Source: Oscillospiraceae bacterium (GTDB lineage Bacteria > Bacillota > Clostridia > Oscillospirales > Ruminococcaceae). Taken from it: DNA of 64,000 bases. The stretch spans positions 17,829 to 81,828 of the forward strand of contig JAFTYW010000036.1 of assembly GCA_017461245.1 (NCBI GenBank), in the 5' to 3' direction. Under the pieces are notes generated by a model. The model was not told the DNA's origin, made no database searches, and saw only the letters and a list, made by a program, of their open reading frames with translations. This document shows positions 17,127-26,123 of the stretch, one piece after another. How positions within the stretch are numbered: the stretch's first letter is position 1; each line of letters starts with the position of its first letter. Made by a program: the position numbers and the translations under genes.

Positions 17127-17154
17127 TGGACAACCCCCAAAAAAAGTGTATAAT
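17127..17154 (+). promoter_or_regulatory. Candidate extended -10 promoter of nagB
   Basis: TGGACA, a 16-nt spacer, then TGTATAAT (the TATAAT is at 17149-17154). Confidence 0.45.
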
Positions 17155-17211
17155 AATGTATGGAACAATTACATATTATTCCTTTATTATTTTTTGGAGC
17201 GTGACTTAAGA

Positions 17212-17997
17212 ATGAAACTTATCATCAAAAACGACTATGCAGAGATGTGCGCATGGGCAGCACAGCACATTGCCGATGCGATCAACAACCACAAAGAAGA
17301 CCGTCCCTTTATTCTTGGACTTCCCACCGGTTCCTCCCCTCTCGGAGTTTACAAGAACCTTATTGAGATGAACAAGGCTGGCAAGGTTTCCTTTAAGAAC
17401 GTTGTTACCTTTAATATGGACGAGTACGTTGGTCTTCCCAGAGAGCACGACCAGAGCTACTGGTACTTTATGCATGATAATTTCTTCAATCACATAGACA
17501 TTCCTGCTGAGAACATCAACATCTTAAACGGTATGGCTGAGGACCTTGAGGCCGAGTGCCAAAGATACGAGGACAAGATCGCTTCCTACGGCGGCATTGA
17601 CCTTTTCCTCGGCGGTAGCGGCGTTGACGGACACATTGCATTTAACGAGCCCTTTACCTCGCTCGTTTCCCGTACAGGCGTCAGAGCTCTGACTCAGGAC
17701 ACACTTATCGTAAACTCAAGATTCTTTGACAACGATCCCAACAAGGTTCCCAAGACTGCTCTTTCAGTTGGTGTTGGAACTGTTTGTGATTCAAAGCAGG
17801 TTCTCTTACTTATCAGCGGACACAACAAGGCTCGTGCACTTCGCCACTGTGTTGAGGGCGGCGTTGACCACGCTTGGACCATCAGTGCACTCCAGCTTCA
17901 CCCCTGCGGAATCGTTGCTTGCGACGAGGATGCCTGCGGCGAGCTTAAAGTCGATACATACAAGTACTTCAAAGAGATCTACAAAGACGAGAAATAA
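17212..17997 (+). CDS. nagB: Glucosamine-6-phosphate deaminase
   Basis: [24 protein letters not shown]...[18 protein letters not shown]...FNMDEYVGL...[13 protein letters not shown] chose the ATG at 17212 (SD GGAG upstream); the track start at 17146 lies in the promoter region. Confidence 0.9.
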   Translation: MKLIIKNDYAEMCAWAAQHIADAINNHKEDRPFILGLPTGSSPLGVYKNLIEMNKAGKVSFKNVVTFNMDEYVGLPREHDQSYWYFMHDNFFNHIDIPAENINILNGMAEDLEAECQRYEDKIASYGGIDLFLGGSGVDGHIAFNEPFTSLVSRTGVRALTQDTLIVNSRFFDNDPNKVPKTALSVGVGTVCDSKQVLLLISGHNKARALRHCVEGGVDHAWTISALQLHPCGIVACDEDACGELKVDTYKYFKEIYKDEK

Positions 17998-18010
17998 GTT
18001 TAAAAAGCAA

Positions 18011-18050
18011 AAAAGGCTTGAAACCGATTGGTTTCAAGCCTTTTTATTTT
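18011..18050. terminator. Bidirectional terminator between the convergent nagB and luxS genes
   Basis: A 15-bp stem AAAAGGCTTGAAACC / GGTTTCAAGCCTTTT with loop GATT. Confidence 0.85.
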
Positions 18051-18516
18051 ACACGGGATAGACAAAGCGTCGGTTTTCAACAAGGCTTTGCTTATATTTT
18101 TTGATATAATATTTTGCCATACTTAAGTTTTGCTCGCTGTAATTTCCGCACTCGGCGGGAGATGCCCCAGGTATATCGCCCTCGTAGCCAATAATAAAAT
18201 CGCACATCGAAACGACCAAATCAAAGACATCCTCACAGCTGAGCTTACCAAACATAATAAGGTAGCAGCCCGTTCGGCAGCCCATAGGGCCGAAATATAC
18301 GATTTTATCCTTTAAGGCGCTGTTTCTGAGATATGTTGCCGCAAGATGCTCTATTGTGTGAAGTGCAGGCACGTCGATAACCGGCTCTTTGTTGGGGGCG
18401 GTAATTCTCAGGTCAAAGGTAGTTACATAGCAGTCGCCCTGCTTGTCAATTCTTGAAACGTAGAGACCCGCCTCGAGCTTAAGATGGTCTATTGTAAAGC
18501 TTGCAATTTTTTCCAT
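18049..18516 (-). CDS. luxS: S-ribosylhomocysteine lyase
   Basis: 155 aa with the HTIEHL metal motif and GCRTG. Confidence 0.9.
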   Translation of the reverse strand: MEKIASFTIDHLKLEAGLYVSRIDKQGDCYVTTFDLRITAPNKEPVIDVPALHTIEHLAATYLRNSALKDKIVYFGPMGCRTGCYLIMFGKLSCEDVFDLVVSMCDFIIGYEGDIPGASPAECGNYSEQNLSMAKYYIKKYKQSLVENRRFVYPV

Positions 18517-18549
18517 TTTTTCTCCTTTTATAAGGAAACTAAGCGGTCT

Positions 18550-19530
18550 TTATTCAAATTCTATTGTGCCGACGGGCTTGGGAGTGATGTCCATAAGCAC
18601 GCGGCTGATGCCCTTTACCTCACTGGTTATGCGGGCGGTTATCTTATGGAGAAGCTCGTAGGGGATCTCCTCGATGGTTGCAGTCATAGCGTCGGTGGTG
18701 TTGACGGCACGGATGACGGCGCACCAGCCGTCAAGGCGCTTGCCATCGATAACGCCAACGGCGGTCATATCGGGAACGGCAATGAAATACTGCCAGACCT
18801 TTTCTGCAAGGCCGCTTATATCAAATTCTTCTCTTAAAATTGCGTCAGCTTCGCGCAGGGCGTTAAGCCTATCACGAGTGATTGCGCCGAGGCAACGAAC
18901 ACCGAGACCGGGGCCGGGGAAGGGCTGGCGGTAAACCATAGCGTGAGGCAGGCCGAGAGCCTCGCCGACAACACGGACCTCATCCTTGTAGAGAAGCTTG
19001 ACCGGCTCAACAAGTTCAAACTGCATATCCTCGGGCAGACCGCCGACGTTATGATGAGCCTTTACACCGTCGCTCTCAAGAATATCGGGGTAAATTGTTC
19101 CCTGCGCGAGAAAAGAAATGCCCTCAAGCTTTCTTGCCTCCTCGTCAAACACCTTTATAAACTCGCCGCCGATGATCTTTCTCTTTTTCTCGGGGTCGCT
19201 GACACCCGCAAGCAGATCAAGAAAACGGTCGGTAGCATCAATGTAAATGAGGTTAGCGTCCAGTTCCTTGCCGAAAACCTCGATAACCTGCTCGCTCTCG
19301 CCCTTTCTCATAAGGCCGTGATTAACGTGAACACAAACAAGCTGTTTACCGATAGCCTTGATCAAAAGCGCGGCGACTACAGACGAATCAACACCGCCCG
19401 AAAGTGCAAGCAGAACCTTTTTATCTCCAACCTGCTCCCTTATCTCCTTTACCTGCTCCTCAATAAAAGCATCGGCAAGGGCCTTGGTTGTAATTCTTTC
19501 CATTGAATCGGGACGGACATTGTTTTGCAT
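18550..19530 (-). CDS. GMP synthase ATP-pyrophosphatase + dimerisation domains only (no glutamine amidotransferase domain)
   Basis: LALSGGVDSSV PP-loop, ...GTIYPDILES..., ...PFPGPGLGVR..., and a C-terminal ...KPVGTIEFE. The protein is 326 aa with a strong SD (GGAGGAG) before the first ATG. Confidence 0.8.
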   Translation of the reverse strand: MQNNVRPDSMERITTKALADAFIEEQVKEIREQVGDKKVLLALSGGVDSSVVAALLIKAIGKQLVCVHVNHGLMRKGESEQVIEVFGKELDANLIYIDATDRFLDLLAGVSDPEKKRKIIGGEFIKVFDEEARKLEGISFLAQGTIYPDILESDGVKAHHNVGGLPEDMQFELVEPVKLLYKDEVRVVGEALGLPHAMVYRQPFPGPGLGVRCLGAITRDRLNALREADAILREEFDISGLAEKVWQYFIAVPDMTAVGVIDGKRLDGWCAVIRAVNTTDAMTATIEEIPYELLHKITARITSEVKGISRVLMDITPKPVGTIEFE

Positions 19531-19619
19531 AGATACTCCTCCGTTTTGTAACTTAAATTATAATACCGTATTATATACTATTTTTTTGCGAATTTCAATA
19601 GCAATTCAGAGCTTTTATT

Positions 19620-20153
19620 TTACTGCTTTGAAATATAAACTCCGCTCTCGCCGTCAATTTCCTCAAGCTTTACCGAAACCCGCTCCTCGCGCGAGGTGGG
19701 GATATTTTTGCCGACGTAATCTCCACGGATGGGGAGCTCGCGGTGTCCCCTATCGACCAGAATTGCAAGCTGAATAGACGAGGGCCTACCAAGAGAAAAG
19801 AGCGCGTCGATTGCGGCTCTTACGGTTCTCCCTGTATAAAGCACGTCGTCAACAAGGACGACCTTTTTACCCTCTACCGAAAAAGGCAGAGCAGTTTCGT
19901 TAAGAACAGGGTCAACTGAGATCTCTGAAAGGTCATCTCGATAAAGGGTTATATCAAGAACACCCATCGGAAGCTTTACACCCTCTATACTGAAGATGTT
20001 ATCGCAGATCTTTTCGGCAATAGGAACGCCTCTGCGGCGGATACCTATAACGCAAAGATTTTCAAAATCGGGGTTTCTTTCCACAATTTCATGAGAAATT
20101 CTTTTGAGTGCGCGGTTGACGGCATCTGCGTCCATAATTTTTGTTTTAAACAT
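19620..20153 (-). CDS. pyrR: Bifunctional pyrimidine operon regulator / uracil phosphoribosyltransferase
   Basis: 177 aa with VLVDDVLYTGRTVRAAIDAL PRPP-binding and ...ILVDRGHRELPIRGDYVGKN motifs. Confidence 0.9.
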   Translation of the reverse strand: MFKTKIMDADAVNRALKRISHEIVERNPDFENLCVIGIRRRGVPIAEKICDNIFSIEGVKLPMGVLDITLYRDDLSEISVDPVLNETALPFSVEGKKVVLVDDVLYTGRTVRAAIDALFSLGRPSSIQLAILVDRGHRELPIRGDYVGKNIPTSREERVSVKLEEIDGESGVYISKQ

Positions 20154-20175
20154 AATACTGCCTCTTTAAAACAAT

Positions 20176-20433
20176 TTATTTTCTTTTCTTAACAAGCTCG
20201 ATAATTGCCTTTGCAAGCTGGTCGGGGCAGGAAGTTCCCTTTCTGCCGCATTCTATTCCCTCAAGTCTTGTTACGGCTTCCTCTATTGTCATTCCCTCAA
20301 CAAGTCGGGCAACGCCCTGGGTGTTACCCATACAGCCGCCGAGAAACTCGACTCTTTTTATAACATCTCCATCTACGGTGACCTCAATTTGTCTTGAGCA
20401 GACGCCGCGCGGGGTATATGTAATTTTTTCCAT
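20176..20433 (-). CDS. TSCPD-domain small 4-Cys protein (TIGR03905-like)
   Basis: 85 aa. ...GVCSRQIEVTVDGDVIKRVEFLGGCMGNTQG...GIECGRKGTSCPDQLA. Confidence 0.7.
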   Translation of the reverse strand: MEKITYTPRGVCSRQIEVTVDGDVIKRVEFLGGCMGNTQGVARLVEGMTIEEAVTRLEGIECGRKGTSCPDQLAKAIIELVKKRK

Positions 20434-20445
20434 TTTATTCTCTCC

Positions 20446-20817
20446 TTATTTTGAGCAGCCTTTGCAGACAGAAAACAGCTGCTTTATGCTATGATGGCTT
20501 GTCCCCTGGCATTTTCTAAATCCGATAGGCAGCAGCTGTTTTGCAACCTTATCGTTTACCTCAAAATCGTAGGTCTCGGCGCCCATATCCTCGCCGCCTG
20601 CAATAGATGCGCGGACAACTCCGTCAAGAATCTGATAGTGAGTGGCCTGGGCGTAGGTTATCACAACGTTTTTATCCTGCAGCTTAAACTCGCAAAAACC
20701 GCAGATGTCCCATTCTTCTCTTGCCGCGTAGTAAAATTTATTTTCATCATAGGCAAGTCCCGCATTTTCGCAAAGCAACTTTGCAATATAGGGCGGAGCC
20801 TTTCTTATCGTAAGCAT
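20446..20817 (-). CDS. Hypothetical protein (123 aa)
   Basis: ATG at 20817 preceded by AAGGAGGAAG. I recognise no family. The C-terminus carries a CKGC motif. Confidence 0.6.
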   Translation of the reverse strand: MLTIRKAPPYIAKLLCENAGLAYDENKFYYAAREEWDICGFCEFKLQDKNVVITYAQATHYQILDGVVRASIAGGEDMGAETYDFEVNDKVAKQLLPIGFRKCQGTSHHSIKQLFSVCKGCSK

Positions 20818-20871
20818 TTTAACTTCCTCCTTAGAAATGGGGATAAAAGACCGCATCTAAACTGCGGTCTT

Positions 20872-21306
20872 TTATAATCTTCTGTTTACCATAATTATAT
20901 CGGCAATCGGAACTGCAATCGGCGTAACGTAAGAAACGATTATCTGCATAACGTTCATTTGGCTGGTGTTTATTGCACTTTCATAGCCCGCGTAAATAAG
21001 GGCACAGAAAAGCAGAATAAGACCCGCCGAAATGCAGCTTACTATAATGCTGGCTCTCCTTTTATCAAAGGCGAGGAGCAATACAGTTGTAAGAAATCCG
21101 ACAACCGAAACCACAAGCATAAAAATTCCGTAGGAATTAAAGTGCGCGCGGCTGTCGCTTAAGAGCAGACCCGCAATAGCAGGCGCCTCCAAAAGCCATA
21201 CAAGAACTACGATCAGCAAAAGAAACAGGTAATCCTTATATCCCCTGTTTTTGCGCTCTTCTTTTTCTCTTAATATTTCCTTTTCTTTTAAAGTCTGTTT
21301 TGGCAT
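20872..21306 (-). CDS. Hypothetical 4-TM membrane protein
   Basis: 144 aa with a Lys/Glu-rich N-terminus followed by four hydrophobic segments. SD AAGGGAGAA. Confidence 0.6.
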   Translation of the reverse strand: MPKQTLKEKEILREKEERKNRGYKDYLFLLLIVVLVWLLEAPAIAGLLLSDSRAHFNSYGIFMLVVSVVGFLTTVLLLAFDKRRASIIVSCISAGLILLFCALIYAGYESAINTSQMNVMQIIVSYVTPIAVPIADIIMVNRRL

Positions 21307-21444
21307 ATTGTTCTCCCTTATGTATCGTCGTCTTCTTTTTTAATTCCGAAAATAAGCCTTAAAAGCCCTTTAAGTATTTTCGGACTTTTGACAACAACTA
21401 TTTTCATAAAGCTCATACCCCGTTTCCGTTTTAGTTTACGGGGG

Positions 21445-21597
21445 CTATCTACAAAGTAGCAGCCGTATTCCTAAGATCACAAAAACAACTGCCGCGACTG
21501 TGCAGATAAAGCGAAATGAGCAAAAGGTCAGCATTAAGATAACAAGACCCGTATAAAGCAATGTTTTACCTATAAGGCAATGTCTTCTTCTACCCAT
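21445..21597 (-). CDS. Candidate 50-aa two-TM small membrane protein
   Basis: Below the track cutoff. SD GGGGGAGAG. The peptide is MGRRRHCLIGKTLLYTGLVILMLTFCSFRFICTVAAVVFVILGIRLLLCR. A possible TTAACA-18-TATAAT promoter overlaps the thiN stop. Confidence 0.4.
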   Translation of the reverse strand: MGRRRHCLIGKTLLYTGLVILMLTFCSFRFICTVAAVVFVILGIRLLLCR

Positions 21598-21668
21598 AAC
21601 ACTCTCCCCCGCATTTAATTGTGAGCATAAAATGCTTACCCTATTATACGCAAAGGGGGATTTTTTTG

Positions 21669-22301
21669 TTAATGGTCCTTCTTGGACTCTATTACTAAAA
21701 CTCGGCTCTCGCCCTCAGACTGTTTTACCGTTATGACCGCCTCGTCCTTTGCAATTTCGTTGCTTACTCCGAGCGGGAAAGACGATGTTAAAAGCGCGTC
21801 TCCGTCATAGGCCGTTCCGGAAAGGGAAACTTCGGCAAAGTCGCACCCAAAGGGGAAAAGCGAAAGGTATCTGCCGGTATTTTTTATTCGGTGCTCGCCG
21901 ACGCCCAAAAGGCTAACAGTTGTTTTTTGGTCAATAAGGCGTGCGGTTTTTCCGTTGTCGAGTAAATAGCCAAGCGCCGAAAAGGATGCGAAAGTGTGGT
22001 CAAGGCGCTCTCCTAACGCGCCGTAAATGGTAAAGTCATCACAACCCGACTCAATACCATACTTTATAGCAAGCATCAGATCGGTATCGTCCTTACGGCT
22101 GGGGAAGGTTACCCTTGCATAACCGTCACTCTCACTTTTATCGCAGGAATCAAAATCGCCAAGCACAAGGTCGGGCTCAATATTTAGAGCCTTGGCGTGT
22201 CTTATTCCTGCATCGGCGCAGATAACAAAGGCATCGTTATCTACCTTTATATAGCTTAAATCTTGTATGGGGGCGGCGGCAAAAATTACACATTTTTTCA
22301 T
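21669..22301 (-). CDS. thiN: Thiamine pyrophosphokinase
   Basis: MKKCVIFAAAP...LVLGDFDS... ATGA overlap with the rsgA stop, and SD GGGGAGGAG. The track start at 22328 is a TTG inside rsgA. Confidence 0.85.
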   Translation of the reverse strand: MKKCVIFAAAPIQDLSYIKVDNDAFVICADAGIRHAKALNIEPDLVLGDFDSCDKSESDGYARVTFPSRKDDTDLMLAIKYGIESGCDDFTIYGALGERLDHTFASFSALGYLLDNGKTARLIDQKTTVSLLGVGEHRIKNTGRYLSLFPFGCDFAEVSLSGTAYDGDALLTSSFPLGVSNEIAKDEAVITVKQSEGESRVLVIESKKDH

Positions 22302-23203
22302 TTTTTGCTCCTCCCCTGCTTTTCCCAAGGTTTTATTTTTTCCGCCTCTTTACAAAGTGCGACATAGCTTTCATATCTCGAAGGCGAAATCTCACCGTTT
22401 TCCACCGCCTTTTTAAGCGAGCAGTCCCTCTCGCCTATATGCAGGCAGTCGGGAAAGCGGCAATCTGAAATATAAGGCGCAAAGTCAGGAAAACAGGAGA
22501 TGACCTCGTCCTTTTCTATCTCAAGGTTTTGCTCAAAATCTATGCTTGAAAATCCAGGGGTATCGGCAAGATAACCACCATTTTCAATCGGGAAAAGCTC
22601 AACGTGCCTTGTTGTGTGTCTGCCTCTTGATAATTTCAGCGAAACCTCGCCCGTTTTTAATAGAAGCTCGGGAAACATAGCGTTTATAAGGGTAGATTTG
22701 CCGACGCCCGAGTTGCCTGTAAAGACGCTTATCTTATCGCTAAGGCTGTTTTTTATCTGCTCTGCGCCCGATTTGTCGTCGGGGTTTGTTTCATAAACGG
22801 AAAATCCTGCCTTTTGGTATATCTCACGCAGAGAATGGGCCTTGCCCAAATCGGTCTTGCTTATTACCAGAACAGGCTCGATATTATTATGCAGCGCAAT
22901 CGCAATAAGCTTATCAATATTAAAAAGGTTAGGCTGGGGCAAAACTGTTGAGCAGACGATATAAAGCTTATCAACATTACTGACGGCAGGGCGAACAAGA
23001 GCATTTTTTCTCTCCTCTATCGCGTTGACAACGCCCTTCATTTTATCAGCATCATATTCGATTTCAGCCATATCGCCGACAAGCAGAGTCATATCATCAT
23101 TGCGAAAATGACCTCTTGCCCTACACTCGACAAGTCCATCCTCGGTTTCTACATAGTAAAAGCCGCCGATGCCTTTCAAAATTCGTCCCTGAGCAGTTTT
23201 CAT
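22298..23203 (-). CDS. rsgA: Ribosome small-subunit-dependent GTPase A
   Basis: Circularly permuted GTPase motifs (ISKTDL ... GNSGVGKSTLIN) and a C-terminal Cys cluster, CRFPDCLHIGERDC. Confidence 0.9.
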   Translation of the reverse strand: MKTAQGRILKGIGGFYYVETEDGLVECRARGHFRNDDMTLLVGDMAEIEYDADKMKGVVNAIEERKNALVRPAVSNVDKLYIVCSTVLPQPNLFNIDKLIAIALHNNIEPVLVISKTDLGKAHSLREIYQKAGFSVYETNPDDKSGAEQIKNSLSDKISVFTGNSGVGKSTLINAMFPELLLKTGEVSLKLSRGRHTTRHVELFPIENGGYLADTPGFSSIDFEQNLEIEKDEVISCFPDFAPYISDCRFPDCLHIGERDCSLKKAVENGEISPSRYESYVALCKEAEKIKPWEKQGRSKK

Positions 23204-23222
23204 ATATCCCTCTCAGATTTTT

Positions 23223-23250
23223 AAAGCGGCGGTAGTTATGCCGCCGCTTT
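23223..23250. terminator. GC-rich hairpin between prkC and rsgA (possible partial terminator or processing site)
   Basis: AAAGCGGCGG / CCGCCGCTTT with an 8-nt loop. The T-run is weak on the minus strand. Confidence 0.35.
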
Positions 23251-23260
23251 ATGTTTTTAA

Positions 23261-25303
23261 TTATTCTTGTGTTTCCGTTGTATCGGTTGTCGTTTCTTCC
23301 TCAGGCTGCGCAATAGCCGATTCTACTGCAGGCTCACTTGAAGGAGTGTCAGCAGGAGCGCTCGAAGAAACAGGATTATACTTGCTTTCCAAAGCAGCGG
23401 TGTTATCCTGAAGCAGAGTGCTGGTCTGCTTGTCAAAGTCTACATTATAAGCAAGGTAAACCGCCTCGTCAATTCTGATAACCAGTTTGCCTATACCTGT
23501 ACCTTCAATTGTAAGGGGCCATGTAGGAATATCAGCATAAATATTTGAAGTTTTTACTGTTTCACCGTTAAGCGTAACTTTAATCTCAATTTCTCCGGTT
23601 ATAAAACTAGGGATAGCTATATCCATTTTATAACTTGTTTTCTGAGCCTCGCCCGAACTTACCTTTAAGGTAACAGTTGTTCCCTGGTCTACCCAGGTTT
23701 CAGGAGTTACATCCTGGTAAACAACAACGCCCTTTGCCTTATCCGAAGCGACCTCTACAGGCTCGCCTACTACAAGGCCCTTTGCCTGCAGGATCGAGGT
23801 TGCCTGCTCAACGCTCATATCAAGAACATTAGGAACCTGAACCTTTTCAAGCTTTTCAACCGAATAGAATATCTGAACGGTTGTGGCTAAGGAAACCTCT
23901 TCGCCGCGCTGTGGGAAGGTTCTTACAACAAGACCGTCAGCAACGGTTGAGCTTTCTTCGGGAATCTCGGTCCAGTTGGTGAAGCCTGCTTTTTTAAGCG
24001 CGTCAATAGCGGCACCTACTTGGTACTCTGTAACATCGGGAACCTCGCCCTTTTTAGCACCAAGGCTTACCCAGACCTCAAGCTTGGGATTCTTGGTTTC
24101 CTGCCCCGCCTTTATCTCCTGCTTGAAGATTATTCCCTCTTCATACTCGTCATTATAAGCGGTCTGGTGACCCGAGAAATCAAACTCTTTATATTTCTCC
24201 ATTGCCTCTGTGATGCTCATTCCGACAAGCTCAGGAACCTCCATTGCGGGAGTACTTGAGAAGAGCTTGGGCAGGAGAAGGGCAAGCAGAACAACAACTG
24301 CAACAACAACTGTTGCGGTAACGCCGAGAAGGATGGGAATCATAGGCGATTTTGCCTCTTCCTCCTCTTCTTGTGCTACCTCTTTTTTCTTAGCCGCTGT
24401 TTCAACACTTACTGCACCGAAGTGGCGGGTGGGAGTTTCATCATCGCTTAAATATTTATAAGAGAACTGAATACTGGGGTTTTTCTTAAACTCGTCAATA
24501 TCGCGGAGCATTTCTGCGGCGCTCTGGTAACGAGCCTTTGTATCCTTCTGCATTGCTTTAAGGATAATTTCCTCAAGTCCCTCCGGGATGGTATCGTTAA
24601 GCTCGCGGGGTCTTGTAGGGGTTTTGCTGACCTGCATCATAGCAACAGAAACAGCCGCATCAGCCTCGAAAGGAAGGCGGCCTGTCAGCATTTCAAAAAG
24701 CATAACGCCGACAGAGTAAATATCGGTTTTCTGGTCAGTAACGTCGCCGCAGGCCTGCTCGGGACTGATATAGTGAACAGAGCCGACAACCTTGCCCGAA
24801 ATGGTTTTGGTTTCAAATCTTGCAAATCTTGCAATACCGAAATCCATCACCTTAATAGTGCCGTCCATAAGAAGCATAATGTTCTGCGGCTTGATATCGC
24901 GATGAACAATGCCCTTATCGTGAGCGTGCTGGAGAGCTCTCAATACCTGAACGGTATAGTGAAGGGCCTCTTTCCACTTTAAAATGCCCTCTCTCTCGAT
25001 ATATTCTTTAAGGGTAATTCCGTCAATATACTCCATAACGATTGCAGGAACGTCATCGTTATAAATAACATCGTAAACCTTTACGATATTGGGGTGGGAG
25101 AGACCTGCAATAGCCTTTGCCTCATTTCTGAAGCGGCGCAGAAATTCCTCATTCTGAATGTATTCATCCTTAAGGATCTTAACTGCGACTGTAATATCGT
25201 CAATAAGGTCTCTAGCCTTATAGACATTGGCCATTCCGCCTATGCCAACCTGCTCCTGAATTTCATAACGGCCCGCAAGCCTTACTCCGATGTACTTATT
25301 CAT
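23261..25303 (-). CDS. prkC: Ser/Thr protein kinase with a TM segment and three PASTA repeats
   Basis: Hanks kinase motifs (VAVK, HRDIKPQN, DFG, SPEQ), a TM segment (ILLGVTATVVVAVVVLLALLL) and PASTA-like repeats. Confidence 0.9.
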   Translation of the reverse strand: MNKYIGVRLAGRYEIQEQVGIGGMANVYKARDLIDDITVAVKILKDEYIQNEEFLRRFRNEAKAIAGLSHPNIVKVYDVIYNDDVPAIVMEYIDGITLKEYIEREGILKWKEALHYTVQVLRALQHAHDKGIVHRDIKPQNIMLLMDGTIKVMDFGIARFARFETKTISGKVVGSVHYISPEQACGDVTDQKTDIYSVGVMLFEMLTGRLPFEADAAVSVAMMQVSKTPTRPRELNDTIPEGLEEIILKAMQKDTKARYQSAAEMLRDIDEFKKNPSIQFSYKYLSDDETPTRHFGAVSVETAAKKKEVAQEEEEEAKSPMIPILLGVTATVVVAVVVLLALLLPKLFSSTPAMEVPELVGMSITEAMEKYKEFDFSGHQTAYNDEYEEGIIFKQEIKAGQETKNPKLEVWVSLGAKKGEVPDVTEYQVGAAIDALKKAGFTNWTEIPEESSTVADGLVVRTFPQRGEEVSLATTVQIFYSVEKLEKVQVPNVLDMSVEQATSILQAKGLVVGEPVEVASDKAKGVVVYQDVTPETWVDQGTTVTLKVSSGEAQKTSYKMDIAIPSFITGEIEIKVTLNGETVKTSNIYADIPTWPLTIEGTGIGKLVIRIDEAVYLAYNVDFDKQTSTLLQDNTAALESKYNPVSSSAPADTPSSEPAVESAIAQPEEETTTDTTETQE

Positions 25304-25332
25304 AATTTTTCACTCCTAAATTAAAAGGTATG

Positions 25333-26055
25333 TCATTTTATGATTACAGCGGTAATATTATCGGAACCGCCTCTATTTAAAGCAAGAGAAACAAGCAGGT
25401 CTACTGCGTCCTCCTGCGCATTGTTCTGGATTATCTCGAGCATCTCGTCATCTTCAAGATAGTTGCTCAGTCCGTCAGTACAAAGAAGGATTGCGCTGTT
25501 TTTGTTAAGTTTTACCGACGTTACATCGGGCTCAACATCACCCTTAACTCCGACCGCGCGGGTTATCATATTCTTTTCGGGGTGAACCCTTGCTTCCTCT
25601 TCAGTAATCTGACCGATATCCACAAGCTGCTGGACGACCGAATGGTCAGTCGTAACTCTCGTTATCTTTTTGCCGTTTATGTGATAGGCTCTGCTATCGC
25701 CGACGTGAACAACATAAGCGGTATCCCCTAAAACGAGGGCGGAAACAAGCGTTGTTCCCATTCCGCTTAGGTCACTCTGTTCGCAGGAGGTTTTATAAAC
25801 CGCCTCGTTGGCGCCTCTTACTGCCTCGACAAGAACATTCTCGATCTGCTTGGGCTTTAGGTTATCAAAGCTCATATCAAGACCATTTGAGAAAATTCCC
25901 ACCGTGGTGCTGCTGGCGTAATAACCGCCGTTAGCGCCGCCCATACCGTCGCAAACTACTGCCCAGACCGGCAGAGCGCCGTCGACCGACACCGCAAAAG
26001 AGTCCTGATTGGATTCTCTCACTTTTCCTATATCCGTTAAGCCGTACGCCTTCAT
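25333..26055 (-). CDS. stp: PP2C-family Ser/Thr phosphatase
   Basis: ...NQDSF...VCDGMGG...TDGLSN...GGSDNITAV. Confidence 0.9.
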   Translation of the reverse strand: MKAYGLTDIGKVRESNQDSFAVSVDGALPVWAVVCDGMGGANGGYYASSTTVGIFSNGLDMSFDNLKPKQIENVLVEAVRGANEAVYKTSCEQSDLSGMGTTLVSALVLGDTAYVVHVGDSRAYHINGKKITRVTTDHSVVQQLVDIGQITEEEARVHPEKNMITRAVGVKGDVEPDVTSVKLNKNSAILLCTDGLSNYLEDDEMLEIIQNNAQEDAVDLLVSLALNRGGSDNITAVIIK

Positions 26056-26123
26056 ACCGATCCTCCCTTCACGACGACAATTTACCGTTTAATAATACCA
26101 CTTTTAAGTACCATTTGTCAACA

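Noticed and set aside
17146-17211. The longer nagB start from the ORF track ([22 protein letters not shown]...).
   Set aside because: The extension covers the predicted -10 region, has no RBS and is absent from NagB proteins. The ATG at 17212 has an SD.
18943-19506. 187-aa plus-strand ORF, and also 18484-18837 and 19358-19777.
   Set aside because: They are antisense to or overlap the well-supported GMP-synthase-like and pyrR genes, and show no motifs.
22298-22301. Absence of rpe between rsgA and thiN, compared with the Bacillus order prkC-rsgA-rpe-thiN.
   Set aside because: The ATGA overlap shows a clean junction. Gene-order variation of this kind is ordinary and rpe is probably elsewhere.
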